Shown here: piece by piece, positions 40,801 through 49,718 of the stretch
Numbering within the stretch: the first letter of the stretch is position 1
How the letters are laid out: each line of letters opens with the position of its first letter
Source of the DNA: Pelagomonas calceolata
Taxonomy: Eukaryota
Assembly (NCBI GenBank): GCA_918797485.1
Contig: CAKKNE010000005.1
Span: 5,146,001-5,210,000 of the forward strand
Direction of reading: 5' to 3'
Length of the DNA: 64,000 nucleotides
Notes under the pieces: generated by a model
What the model was told of the DNA's origin: nothing
Databases searched by the model: none
The model's input: the letters and a program-made list of their open reading frames with translations, nothing else
Made by a program: the position numbers and the translations under genes

Positions 40801-42590
40801 CGCAGAACTTGGATGGATTTACGGACTACCGGGCCTCGCGCTGGTCGTTCGTGGAGGACGACGAGTGCTACGAGGCGGCCGCGCCGGCGCCGGCGCCGGC
40901 GCCCGCGCCGGCGGCCGCGCCGGCGCCCGTCCAAGCTCCCGCGCCCGAGCCCGCCCAAGCGCCGGCGCCGGCGCCCCCATCAATCCAAGAGGAGGCGCAT
41001 GTCGTCATCGAGGTCGAGGACGACGCGACGGACGCGCGCTTCTCCAAGGCCGAGGCCTTCGGCAGCCCCGGCTCCGACGTGTCTGGTTCTAGAATCTGGG
41101 CCGACTACGAGGAGGAGACCAAGGTCGAGCCCGCGTCGCGGCGGTCCTCCCGCAGATCTTCTCGGCGGTCGTCGCGTGGCACTAGAAGACGGTCGAGATC
41201 CCGGGACCGGAGTCGGTCGGCGTCGACGACCGACGAGCCCATGTTCGAGGTCGAGGAGGGCCCGACCATCGACCAGTGCATCAAGGAGCGGCTGGACGAA
41301 TTAAGGGTGGACCAGCACAAGGGCCTCGAGGCGGGGCGCGTCTACGGGTACGTCGCGTCCGTCGAAAAGGGCACGATGCACATGCCGCGGCCGCTGAAAT
41401 TCAAGCGCAACACGGACATCCTGAAGAGTGCGAATGATGTGGAAGAGGTCGCGAACCTGGCCATCGTGTGCCAGGTCGCCCTCGAGGAGTGCGAGGACTT
41501 CGACCAGCCTCTGACCGTTACTGTGGAATGTCATCTGCGGTCCAAGGTGCCGCTGCACGAGATGACTCGATTACAACGAAGAACGGCTCGGAGTCTCGCT
41601 AAAAGGCGAGCGAAGCGTGTGACCAACATCATGGAGGCCCACGGCATTCCCAAGGTGAATCTTGTCGCCGCGGGCGTCGGTGTGTCGGACACGCCGGGGT
41701 TGCTCGTCTTTCTAGATGCTTGTTCTCGCGAAGCTGCCTTAAAGGCGGCCATGATGCCGGCCGTCGCGCCTCAACCAGTATCAGACGACCCGCGCAAGGT
41801 CAAACGGACGCTGCCCTGGCAGAAGCGCAAGTCCGCGCTCGCGGAGGCGCGGGCCTGGGATCAGAGGCCGGAAGCGCACATCGTGGAACCGCGGCCGCCG
41901 TCGTCGGGCTACGGACGGGACGCCCGCGTCGCGCCGGCGAAGAAGACGCCCTCTTTATTATCAAAGCCGCACGCGACGCCGACGCGTTCATTTGGCCGAT
42001 CACCGACCAAACAAGGGTCCGTGTTCAGCACGGCGGGCCGCGCGCCGCTGCGCATGCCGACGTCCGGCCTCTGGACGCCGCACTGGCCGCCCAACGAATT
42101 GGGGGACGAGGAGGACTTGAGACTCGAGCGGGAACGAGCACAACGCGTCGCCGACGCGCGCGCGGACACGACGGCTCGGGCCCGCGCGTCGCCGACGCGC
42201 GCGCTGTCGCCGCCGAAGCCCAAGCCGCCGACGCCTCCATTGTTTGAAGAGGACCCGCTCCCGCTCGCGTCGCACGACCCGGATAACCCGTCGCACGAGG
42301 GGCTCGTGGCGGTGGCGACGCGGACGGCGCGGCGCTGGAACGCGGCGCAGCGGCTCCGCCGGAGCCGCAACGTCGTGGGCCTCTCGCGCGACCAGCTCGC
42401 GCGCGACGTCGGCCACATGGCGCCGCCGAATCCGACGCTCCTACCGAAATCCGTGCGGGCGCTGCGCTACGTCCTGGGCGGCCGCCAGGAGCCCCGCGAC
42501 GACATCCCGCAGCGGTCGCCGACGCGCGCGGAGACGTCGGGGCGGCGCGTCATGGCGCAGCCGGGGACGACGTTTGGGAGCGGGAGGTAG
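37860..42590 (+). CDS. Large type I membrane protein: DUF285/BspA repeats, P/T linker, TM, GH99-like domain, OmpA-like domain
   Basis: Signal peptide; WNVAEVTDMEGLF and FNQDLGW repeats; TM AAVAFILIAGYFG; LAHYLPWY, PIIGPYD, TWNNWQEGTQLEP; LAKRRAKRV..M..HGI..L.AAGVG. Confidence 0.8.
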   Translation: MRLLLVIAALAVVNGQSAMEEECRREITSPVFTNATLRDAVARFWEDKSTAESIYGPMKCWNVAEVTDMEGLFSDAGLVGVARTSQAAFNEPIEFWVVDKVTNMKDMFKYCTNFRQRLQAWDPRRVTSMEGMFFYASAFNQDLGWCLHSSVDMTSAFSGTMCESATPPCGVDTQGSGTGTGICPFPTPVPTPAPSISPVPTVTPVPSGAPSLIPTPQPTEYPTLTRCKVCSSQIFEGQCEEGTKEATPKWDTWDCMADDVCCASNKDDCCEPVVDWRPYAAGAAVAFILIAGYFGGKCLAGCRKKSWPGVITALRNEKGRVVPHLDRKEKKRFYDVAYDDGETETRIPSKQIQRRQGPPETRAPLLVGEEVKVKSEKRMRKEKALKIAKINRERNAKRYAKKRKSLDRGPKTLADRQRAAQEREEGKGCCGKLLKALGLGGAPAEKAGPESPYARRERLRRQREEQKKKKRRAARKMAAQVEKVDEEEVIDYAGLAVEFEKTTMTLAHYLPWYQFDREKTEVGFHWTLKDNGFRFGGDGSIAAHWSPIIGPYDGRDRRVVRYHLLLMKEAGIKGVVCRWFGTQDSYYAEHNLRAADVLLEECCKEGMKFTICWDDRGAFAASGQKTWRSSLDSTASVMEQEAALVDALAKDFVYLRDHYFDKSAYIRHGTFDEPVVCLLGPTKITKARVWDEVCKKVFPDLEKRPKLLAMQGSALQEAHAVDVGLYAWLPRKMQPQCTLRGVGDFVDDFYEDPAALMGSAFPSYRDYYAEGNDGPRRGFIGPHRGKTLDAGLDSAQRWKPPFLQLLTWNNWQEGTQLEPSREERFLRLLRLQKRLVGKNDDAAEAAFVAIHAKAMEVFRTERAEIPELSDAGPPPEEHMFNLKAAFPEAAMERDADRLEKAKLPFDKPREKEKVVFGPPSDSLLTEETASSSWMSMSLADGEDAPPAEGFFADLEGYSEPESDEEEQVPQSPVPPSPDALSQNLDGFTDYRASRWSFVEDDECYEAAAPAPAPAPAPAAAPAPVQAPAPEPAQAPAPAPPSIQEEAHVVIEVEDDATDARFSKAEAFGSPGSDVSGSRIWADYEEETKVEPASRRSSRRSSRRSSRGTRRRSRSRDRSRSASTTDEPMFEVEEGPTIDQCIKERLDELRVDQHKGLEAGRVYGYVASVEKGTMHMPRPLKFKRNTDILKSANDVEEVANLAIVCQVALEECEDFDQPLTVTVECHLRSKVPLHEMTRLQRRTARSLAKRRAKRVTNIMEAHGIPKVNLVAAGVGVSDTPGLLVFLDACSREAALKAAMMPAVAPQPVSDDPRKVKRTLPWQKRKSALAEARAWDQRPEAHIVEPRPPSSGYGRDARVAPAKKTPSLLSKPHATPTRSFGRSPTKQGSVFSTAGRAPLRMPTSGLWTPHWPPNELGDEEDLRLERERAQRVADARADTTARARASPTRALSPPKPKPPTPPLFEEDPLPLASHDPDNPSHEGLVAVATRTARRWNAAQRLRRSRNVVGLSRDQLARDVGHMAPPNPTLLPKSVRALRYVLGGRQEPRDDIPQRSPTRAETSGRRVMAQPGTTFGSGR

Positions 42591-42759
42591 TATAAGGCGC
42601 TTTGTGTTATCTTCCCCACGCTGTCGACGACGCGCGACGACGTTACCCCTGTCATGTATGCTTGATGGCACGAAGCCGATAGTTCTAGCCGATATCGTGA
42701 ACTCGTGAACTAACTCAGAGGAGAGTTAAGAGTGGGGTGGAGGTATGGACAAAAAGTGC

Positions 42760-43068
42760 TCACGGCGTCGGCGAATCCTTCGCGTCGCTCGTGCTGCGGG
42801 CGCGCCTGATCGTTTGCCGGAGTTCTTGGGCGGCCGGGGGCGTTTCAGGGCCGGCGGCCCACGCGTCGAGGACCGCGTCGACTTCGGCGGTTTCGGCTAC
42901 CTCGGCGTCCGCGATGGCGGCGGGCGTTGGCAGCGGACCGGCTGGCGGCGGATCCGACGGATCGAGCGTCGTGGGGATGGCTCGCGCGCTGCTGACCGGG
43001 ACGGCGCATGGCTTCGCACAAGCTGCGGTTGACGGGACCTCGTCTCTGTCGCTCGTCTCGCGGCTCAT
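42760..43068 (-). CDS. Small hypothetical protein; 5' end uncertain
   Basis: 102-aa ORF with coding-like codon use, convergent with the preceding gene. Confidence 0.35.
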   Translation of the reverse strand: MSRETSDRDEVPSTAACAKPCAVPVSSARAIPTTLDPSDPPPAGPLPTPAAIADAEVAETAEVDAVLDAWAAGPETPPAAQELRQTIRRARSTSDAKDSPTP

Positions 43069-43398
43069 GGATGGTGATGATGACTTTTTCGCGACTCAAA
43101 ACGTCTCGCCACGCTTGCAAAAAGAGGATACTGTGGACAACAGGTCAGGTTTTTCAGCCTCGCTGTCTGCAGCGTCGAACGAATGGACACCGCGTCGATA
43201 AAATTGAGGAAAGGGGCCACCTGAGGGCTTACTCCTGGCTCCTCGCGTAAATCTGAGCCGTGGACGGCCACCTTTTTGTGAAGTTGGGTCTAACAAGAGC
43301 AAACTTTCGCGCCGGGGAGAACCTGTCTCTAGTCGTCGATTATTACGGGTCCATTTCACGAGTCGAAGTCGCCTGACTCTCCTTTGTTTGTTGGCGAG

Positions 43399-43420
43399 CT
43401 AGCGGCCTGTAAGACACTAG
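43399..43420 (+). promoter_or_regulatory. CTAG-bounded upstream motif
   Basis: ctagcggcctgtaagacactag, identical to the copy at 27827. Confidence 0.65.
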
Positions 43421-43619
43421 CAAGACCAAGCTGGGGCTGTGTGGAGCACGCGGGTTGGGCATAGAGCTGCTACCTTGTTGTTCTGTTTTCCAGTCAGCTC
43501 GTTTTAGAGCGCTTGCAACGTTGAGAGCTTTCTCCGTTTGCAACCCAGAGAGCAAACCCAGAGAGAGCGTGCTCTGCGGCGCGAGACTGCAGCGCAAACA
43601 AGACCGACGCATACAAGCG

Positions 43620-44150
43620 ATGGACAACATCGGCGTCGTCCGCCTGAAACTCACAGGCTGCGGCCAATCGCTGGAGCTCGAGGTCGAGAACGGCGAGACC
43701 GTGGGGAGACTCCTCGATAAATGCGCGGAGGAAATGGGCGGAGGCGTCTCGAGACGCCACGTCAAATTGGTCGCGCGCGGCAAGAACCTGGACGAGTCCT
43801 CGGCGCAGTTATCGCTCGAGGCCGCCGGCATCCGGGACCGGACGTCCGGCGCCCGGCGTCCTCCGAGGGGCCTTCACGCGTCGGTCAGCTCATACGCCAT
43901 CGACGCGACGTTTCCACCGCGCAGGAAGATGATGATCATGCACACGGCGCACTATCACGCGGAGAAGGCGGGCGTGCAGAAGCTCGCAGAGCTGGCCGCG
44001 CGCGCCGACGCGGTCGCGGACCCCGCCAGCGCTGCGGGCCAGGAGATGCTGACACAGCTGCTCTGCGAGGTCGACGGAGTCGACGCGGGCGGGAGCGAGT
44101 GGCTCCGCGCGCAGCGCAAGGCTCTGGTCAAGAGATTATCCGAGCGATGA
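43620..44150 (+). CDS. Ubiquitin-like + BAG domain co-chaperone (BAG1-like); predicted in-frame intron 43844-43924
   Basis: UBL (VKLVARGKNL, LEAAGI) and BAG (EMLTQLLCEVDGVD...LRAQRKALVKRL). An 81-nt GT...cgcAG segment interrupts the UBL. Confidence 0.8.
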   Translation: MDNIGVVRLKLTGCGQSLELEVENGETVGRLLDKCAEEMGGGVSRRHVKLVARGKNLDESSAQLSLEAAGIRDRTSGARRPPRGLHASVSSYAIDATFPPRRKMMIMHTAHYHAEKAGVQKLAELAARADAVADPASAAGQEMLTQLLCEVDGVDAGGSEWLRAQRKALVKRLSER

Positions 44151-44167
44151 CATTAACATTCACAAAC

Positions 44168-44908
44168 TTACTTGCCGTAGTACCGCTCGTTGACAGAGTA
44201 GAAGTTCTGGCCAGTCTTGACGACGCGCAGCGCGCCGTCGTTGTAGAGGACCTTGAATTCCCCGAAGGGTAGCGAAAACAAACCGGTCGTGTCGTAAGGG
44301 CCCAGCTCTAAATCGCGGTTCAGCACGCGCCGCGGCCGCAGGCCCGCGCCCTTGAGCACCAATTTGACGTCGCCCGGCGTGGCCTCCGTAAATCCAGTCA
44401 CGACGCGCTGTTCCACCGAGTCCTCGGACAGCTCCGATCTCAAAGTCGTGAGGAGCGAAGCGGGCCGCCACTCTATTACATTCACCACGGTGCCGTCCGC
44501 GGCCGAAATCTCCTGGCCGATGCGGCCCAGCGTCGGCGCGAACGGGAGCGAGGACCCGAGGCCGGTAATATCGGGCGCGTCCGTCCAGAGCAGCGTCCAG
44601 TCGCCGTCGAGCGGCACGGGCGTCAGGTCCTGCGCGGCGTCCGACAACGCGTGGATCGCGTTGCGCACGGATGCGGCCATGCTCTTGTCTTTTTTAAATC
44701 CTCGGTCGGTTCCCGCGATGGCTTGTAATAATGCGTCCTTCGCTTCGGCGACGGCGTCTGGTGCGTCGTCCGGTTCTGTTGGCGTCGTGTCATCCGGCGT
44801 CGCGCGCAGAGCTCTCGCAGCCGTCGCGCGCACCGATGGCGCACGAACCGAGAGCTGGTACGCAGTCGTGAGTGACACGCATGTCAAAAAAAGAGTGAAA
44901 CGCGGCAT
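44168..44908 (-). CDS. PAP/fibrillin plastid lipid-associated protein
   Basis: Signal peptide; LLQAIAGTDRG, LDGDWTLLWT and YNDGALRV. Confidence 0.88.
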   Translation of the reverse strand: MPRFTLFLTCVSLTTAYQLSVRAPSVRATAARALRATPDDTTPTEPDDAPDAVAEAKDALLQAIAGTDRGFKKDKSMAASVRNAIHALSDAAQDLTPVPLDGDWTLLWTDAPDITGLGSSLPFAPTLGRIGQEISAADGTVVNVIEWRPASLLTTLRSELSEDSVEQRVVTGFTEATPGDVKLVLKGAGLRPRRVLNRDLELGPYDTTGLFSLPFGEFKVLYNDGALRVVKTGQNFYSVNERYYGK

Positions 44909-45034
44909 TTTGATGACTCGAAGATGGGTGCAACTGATCCTATGGATAGTGGGCTGCTCCAAACCGACGGTTCTTCAGCTCGCGAGCCCTGCTTTCCGGT
45001 CCGGCGGCCTCGCGTGGTCAACTATTGTTTGGAC

Positions 45035-45056
45035 CTAGCGTCCGTCGACATACTAG
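45035..45056 (+). promoter_or_regulatory. CTAG-bounded upstream motif (degenerate)
   Basis: ctagcgtccgtcgacatactag, with the same 22-bp spacing. Confidence 0.45.
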
Positions 45057-45137
45057 CGTCGAAATCTGATTCCCAAGCTGCCAAGCTGCCAAACGACGGC
45101 AAGCGCACAGCATGGCTGCCCCTCCGTAAAAAAAACC

Positions 45138-45866
45138 ATGGGCAAGGACTTCGCGGCCCGCCACGCCGTCTACGTCGGCGCCGCCGTCGTCCTCAAGCTT
45201 ATTTGTGGGGCCGACGATTGCGTCTGGCTCTCGCCCTTCCTGGCCAAGGCAAGAGGCGCGGCGGCGAAGGCCAAAGTGGCTGCAAAGTACGTAACAACAG
45301 TGGTCTTGATCACGTGCATCGCGGCCGGCCTCGCGCTGGGTATACGAAGAATCGCCGCGCCGGCCGAGCGGCGGGCCGACGAGGGCATCGGCACGGCTGC
45401 GGGCGTGCTGTTGGTGCTGTACGCTCTGTACACAGCGCGCGAGGACGGCTGGTTCCCCTGCTGCCCTCCGGACGACGAGGACGACGAGGAGGAGGAGGAA
45501 TCGGCCGTAGCCGACGCGCTCACGAAAATCAGCGCGTGCTGCGACTGCGTGGCAGACGAGGAGGAGCCCCTCCTGAAAACGGCGGAGGAGCGCCGGAGCG
45601 AGCGCGACATTCTGGTCGTGGCGTTCCTGGGGACGATGGACGATTTGGTCGTCTACTTCTCGGTGGCGGTGTCGGGGAAGATTCCCGGCGTCGACCTCGT
45701 CATCGGGACGACGCTCGGGGCCGTGGCGCTGGCCTTCTGCGTCGGGAGCCTGCTCGAATTTTCTGAAAGGGCGTCGGCGTGCGTCGCGAAGGTCCCGATC
45801 CCGCTCGTGCTCGTCGCGCTGGCTTGCTATATTATCGTCGACGCGTGGCACCCGCTGAAGTACTAA
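45138..45866 (+). CDS. CadD-like membrane protein, paralogue of 16656-17555
   Basis: GADDCVWL and FLGTMDDLVVY halves with an acidic loop. Confidence 0.65.
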   Translation: MGKDFAARHAVYVGAAVVLKLICGADDCVWLSPFLAKARGAAAKAKVAAKYVTTVVLITCIAAGLALGIRRIAAPAERRADEGIGTAAGVLLVLYALYTAREDGWFPCCPPDDEDDEEEEESAVADALTKISACCDCVADEEEPLLKTAEERRSERDILVVAFLGTMDDLVVYFSVAVSGKIPGVDLVIGTTLGAVALAFCVGSLLEFSERASACVAKVPIPLVLVALACYIIVDAWHPLKY

Positions 45867-46069
45867 TGTATTTGTGTACTTATGTCCACCGCCGGCACCA
45901 CGCGAGGACCGCGTCGTGCCAGACCGCTGAAATACTAATGTTTGTGCGTACTTACGTCCACCGCCGGCACCACGCGGGGGCCGCGTCGTGCCAGGCCGCT
46001 GAAGTACTAATTGTATGCGTGTACTTACGTCCACCGCCGGCACCACGCGAGGACCGCGTCGTGCCAGAC
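45852..46069. repeat. Three tandem ~72-bp repeats spanning two convergent stop codons
   Basis: Units start at 45852, 45924 and 45996 (ccgctgaaRtactaat...cgtcgtgccagRc). Confidence 0.92.
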
Positions 46070-48238
46070 GAGGGAGTTCTGCGGGTTGAGGCAGTGGTGG
46101 TTCTCGTCCGGGAAGAAGAGGAGCTCGCTCGCGACTCCCTGGCGCTGCAGCGCCGTGAACGTCGATATCGCCTCGGACGTCACGAGGCGGTAGTCCTTGT
46201 CGCCCTGGATCACGAGCGTCGGCGTCCGCCACTCGGCGACCTTCAGGGAAGGCGACGCGACGTTGTAGGGGCTAGACGGGTCCGAGGCCGCGGCGGCGCA
46301 GGGCGGCCCGTCGAACTCCTTCTCCATGAAGAAGAGCTCCTCCGTCGACCAGTAGCCCGACCGCATGTCGAACAAACCGTCGTGGTTCACCAATGCACAA
46401 AACATGTCCCTCGGCGCGTTCCCGTTGAGATAGTTCATCGAGAAGCCGCCGTAGGACGCGCCGAGGCCCACGACCTTCGCCGGGTCGAGCCACGCGTACG
46501 TGGCGAGCGCGTGCTCGACGCCCGCGACGGAGTCGTCCGGCCCGATGGCCCAGTCGCCGGAGACGTCGCGGCAGTACGCGTGGCCGAAGCCGGTACTTCC
46601 GCGAAAATTGGGCGCGAGCACCGCGAAGCCGGCCGACGCGAGGCACTGCAGGTTCCAGCGGTAGTGCCAGTCGTCGCCCGTCGACCCCTGCGGGCCGCCG
46701 TGGACCACGACGCAGAGCGGGTATTTCTTCGCCTCGTCGAAGTTCGCCGGCCGGATGAGCCAGGCCTGGACGTCCGCGCCGTCGGGCGACTCCCTACCGG
46801 GACGGTCCGTGCGGTAGCTGACGTCCTCGACCGCGCCGAGGTCGACGGCGGCGAGCTTGGCGTCGTTGAAGAACGTGATGCGCCGCTCCGACGCGCCGTC
46901 CTCGCGGAGCAGCGCCAGCTCCGCCGGTCGCGAGAGCGAGTCGCGCGCCACGAGCAGCCCCTGGGCGCTCTCTCCTTGCAACGTCGTCGAGCCGGCGTCG
47001 TCGTCGCCAAGAATCGTGATGGCGCCCGTCAGCGAAATGGAGCAGAGCCGCCGCCTCGCTTTCACGTCGGCGTGGAAGTATATCGCTGTGCCGTCCTTGG
47101 CCCACTCGAGCGACTGCGGGCTCCACGCGAAGTCCTGCTCGGCGACCAACAGGTCCGTCGTCGTCCCCGCCTTGACGTCGTGGAGCCGGACGCCGACGGC
47201 GTCGGACTCGTAGTTGCCTCCCGCCATCGTGAGCCAGGCCAGCTGCGAGCCGTCGGGACTGAAGACCGGCGCGAAGTCGTAGCCCGGGTTCTCTTCCGTT
47301 AAGCAGGTGGCCTCCTCGCCTTCGAAGCCGCCCTTCGTATAGATGTGCCGGTTCGTCGTCCAGGCCTCGTCCTCGGCGAGCGGCGGGCGGCACGAGAAGG
47401 CGACCCGGCCGTGCACGGCCCAGTCGCCCTTGCCGCCGAAGGCGCCGCTCGGGCAGCTGGTCGGGATGCGGTGCAGCCCGTCGACGGGATCGCCGACGCA
47501 CACGTAGCTCCCGTCGCGCCGCTCGACGCGCTGCAGGAAGGGATGCGCGAATTTGGCGTCGAGCCACCGGTCCCACTCGCGCACGGGCAGCCGCTTGAAG
47601 AGGTGCGCGTCTAGGCCGCCGCCCCTTTTTTCGATCTCCTCGTCGCGCGCCGCCGTCGCGGCCATGCCGGCGTCGTCGCCGTCGACGTAGACCCGGGCCG
47701 CGACCACGAGGCCGTCCGACGTCCAGTCGAGGTCCGACACGTCGACGGGAAACCGCTTCAGGAGCGTCGCCTCGCCGGGCCGCGACGCGGGCAGCAGCCA
47801 GACGGCGGTCTTGGCCTTGTTTTTGTCGTCTTTACCGTCTTCGCGGTCGCTGAGGAACGCGATCCACTCGCCGCACGGCGACCAGCACGGCGCCGACGCC
47901 GAGCCGCTGACGAGCGGCGTCAGGTGCTCGTGCTTCCGCAGCGCGTCGTCGCCGAGCGCCGCGGCCTTGTCCAGGTCGACCATCCAGAGCGTCTCGTCGA
48001 ACTTCTTCGCTTTGAAGTCGTACTCTTTCGTGGACAGCACCGCGCGCTTGCCGTCCGGCGCGACGACCGCCTCGCCGACGCGCGTCATGCCGACGAGCGC
48101 CGCGCCGTCGAGCTCGCGCGCCGTCGACGGCGCCGGCGGCTGCGGCCGCGTCGGCAGCAGGGAAGCCAGCTTCGCGGCGGACGGCGCCTTGAGAGCGGTC
48201 GTGGACATGGCCAGCGCTGCCATGCGTAAGATTGACAT
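46025..48238 (-). CDS. S9C serine peptidase (dipeptidyl-peptidase 5/acylaminoacyl peptidase)
   Basis: Motifs HGGPQG, GASYGG, DYRL and FPDENH; beta-propeller N-terminus. Confidence 0.93.
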   Translation of the reverse strand: MSILRMAALAMSTTALKAPSAAKLASLLPTRPQPPAPSTARELDGAALVGMTRVGEAVVAPDGKRAVLSTKEYDFKAKKFDETLWMVDLDKAAALGDDALRKHEHLTPLVSGSASAPCWSPCGEWIAFLSDREDGKDDKNKAKTAVWLLPASRPGEATLLKRFPVDVSDLDWTSDGLVVAARVYVDGDDAGMAATAARDEEIEKRGGGLDAHLFKRLPVREWDRWLDAKFAHPFLQRVERRDGSYVCVGDPVDGLHRIPTSCPSGAFGGKGDWAVHGRVAFSCRPPLAEDEAWTTNRHIYTKGGFEGEEATCLTEENPGYDFAPVFSPDGSQLAWLTMAGGNYESDAVGVRLHDVKAGTTTDLLVAEQDFAWSPQSLEWAKDGTAIYFHADVKARRRLCSISLTGAITILGDDDAGSTTLQGESAQGLLVARDSLSRPAELALLREDGASERRITFFNDAKLAAVDLGAVEDVSYRTDRPGRESPDGADVQAWLIRPANFDEAKKYPLCVVVHGGPQGSTGDDWHYRWNLQCLASAGFAVLAPNFRGSTGFGHAYCRDVSGDWAIGPDDSVAGVEHALATYAWLDPAKVVGLGASYGGFSMNYLNGNAPRDMFCALVNHDGLFDMRSGYWSTEELFFMEKEFDGPPCAAAASDPSSPYNVASPSLKVAEWRTPTLVIQGDKDYRLVTSEAISTFTALQRQGVASELLFFPDENHHCLNPQNSLVWHDAVLAWCRRWT

Positions 48239-48250
48239 GCGTACGACTGT

Positions 48251-48380
48251 GATTGATGACTTTCAGTGTGCTGCTCTCCCTGCTGCAGGACTGTGTGAGC
48301 AATTTCAACGACTGCTGATATATTGATGACTGCTCTCCTTTGCTGCACAGCTTGTGTGAGCAATATCAAGCGCCGCTGTT
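48251..48380. repeat. Degenerate direct duplication upstream of the peptidase gene
   Basis: attgatgact...tgctctcc.tgctgca...tgtgtgagcaat.tcaa occurs twice. Confidence 0.6.
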
Positions 48381-48572
48381 GCAACCACAGTTCAGGACCG
48401 CGAGATGCACTACTGCTGTGGCCTTAGACAATGCGAAATGCACCGATGATGGTGCAGCGATGCAGAGCTCTGACTGTGTAGACTAGCACGCGCTCTCAGA
48501 CGCTGTAACGGGTTTTTCAGCCGAATATATACCGACTCGCTCTCACTCTGAATAAACAAGCCAACAATTATA

Positions 48573-49337
48573 TCATCGCCGCCGCCGCGGCCCCGCCACG
48601 TCCGCGCCCGCGAAGTGCAGCGCGACCTTGTCCGTGTCGACGACGCCGCCCAGCAAATCGGCGACGGCCCACGAATCCAAAGGCGCAGAGACGCCCTCCT
48701 CCAGGTCCCCGCCCTTGATGTACAGCACGCTGCCCTCCGTCGACAGGAGCGGCGAGATCGTGTCAAAAAAATCGGGCAGGTTCTTCACGGACCGGCCCAG
48801 CACCAGATCGTAGCGCCGGCCCTTCAGATCCGCCGGGGCGCGCCCTGCTATACTGTCCACGTTCTCGCAATTCGCGGCCTCGGCGCACGCCACTACGACG
48901 TCGATCTTCTTTTTCCTCGAGTCGACGAGGTCGAATTTCAGGTCGGGCCGGCAGATCGCCAGCGGCAGGCCCGGGAACCCACCGCCCGTACCGACGTCGA
49001 CGACGCGCGCGCCCGCCGGCAGCTGTTGGAGTGGCGGCGCCTCCAGTAATGCGAGCGACGGCAGGTAGTGTCTTTCAATGAGTGTGATGGGGTCGAGGCC
49101 CTTGCGCGACACGACGTTGATCTTGGCGTTCCAGTCGTACAACGCTCGGGCCGCTGCCTCTAATCGAGGCCACGCACCATCATCAACAAAGGTGCAGGAC
49201 GCGCGGTGGCGCGGCGCGAACCAGTCGCCGTCGTCGCTCGCGGCGGCGGCGCTCCGCCGCGAGCTGAGGCGCGGCCGCGGCGCGCGCTGCAGCGCTGCCG
49301 CTACGGTGGCCGCCCAGGCGTAGACGAGGCGCACCAT
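48573..49337 (-). CDS. rsmG: 16S rRNA m7G methyltransferase RsmG/GidB, organelle-targeted
   Basis: Motifs WNAKINVVSR, RHYLPSL, DVGTGGGFPGLPLAI, DSRKKK and IKGG. Confidence 0.93.
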   Translation of the reverse strand: MVRLVYAWAATVAAALQRAPRPRLSSRRSAAAASDDGDWFAPRHRASCTFVDDGAWPRLEAAARALYDWNAKINVVSRKGLDPITLIERHYLPSLALLEAPPLQQLPAGARVVDVGTGGGFPGLPLAICRPDLKFDLVDSRKKKIDVVVACAEAANCENVDSIAGRAPADLKGRRYDLVLGRSVKNLPDFFDTISPLLSTEGSVLYIKGGDLEEGVSAPLDSWAVADLLGGVVDTDKVALHFAGADVAGPRRRR

Positions 49338-49583
49338 TTGATCGCTTTTTGCGCTTATGATTGTGGTGCTATTTTTGCACAGCGATACTGATGCAGTATT
49401 GGGCACGCACGAGTTGCACAAGCGCGCTCTGGCTGCACTTGGGCAGTGCTCTGCGCGCAGTGGTGCAAATGGAGCGCCGCTTTCGATTGCGTCGTCGCCA
49501 GGGGGTGCGTGCGCTGCCACAGGCGTGATTCTAGGTGCAAAGACGCAGCGATTGAGCGATTTTGCTCTAAAGAGCCTGCCTTT

Positions 49584-49605
49584 CTAGTGTGTCACACCTA
49601 GCTAC
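49584..49605 (-). promoter_or_regulatory. CTAG-bounded upstream motif (degenerate)
   Basis: ctagtgtgtcacacctagctac. Confidence 0.35.
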
Positions 49606-49718
49606 GTGCCGCGCGTCCACTTTTTCCACGGCCGCGTTGCACCGCTGCTGCTCCAAATTGCACGCAGGCGCGTGCAACGCACCGCTGCATCACCTCCGCA
49701 CACGGCTACGCCAACACC

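Noticed and set aside
43070..43260. Box C/D snoRNA (TGATGA at ~43075, CTGA at ~43221)
   Set aside because: There is no clear terminal stem or guide; this is more likely the 5' region of the minus-strand ORF.
45852..46069. CRISPR array or mobile element
   Set aside because: It is a plain tandem duplication of adjacent gene ends, with no spacers, TIRs or TSDs.
48251..48320. Box C/D snoRNA (TGATGA...CTGA)
   Set aside because: It lies directly upstream of and antisense to a start codon, and a degenerate duplication explains it.
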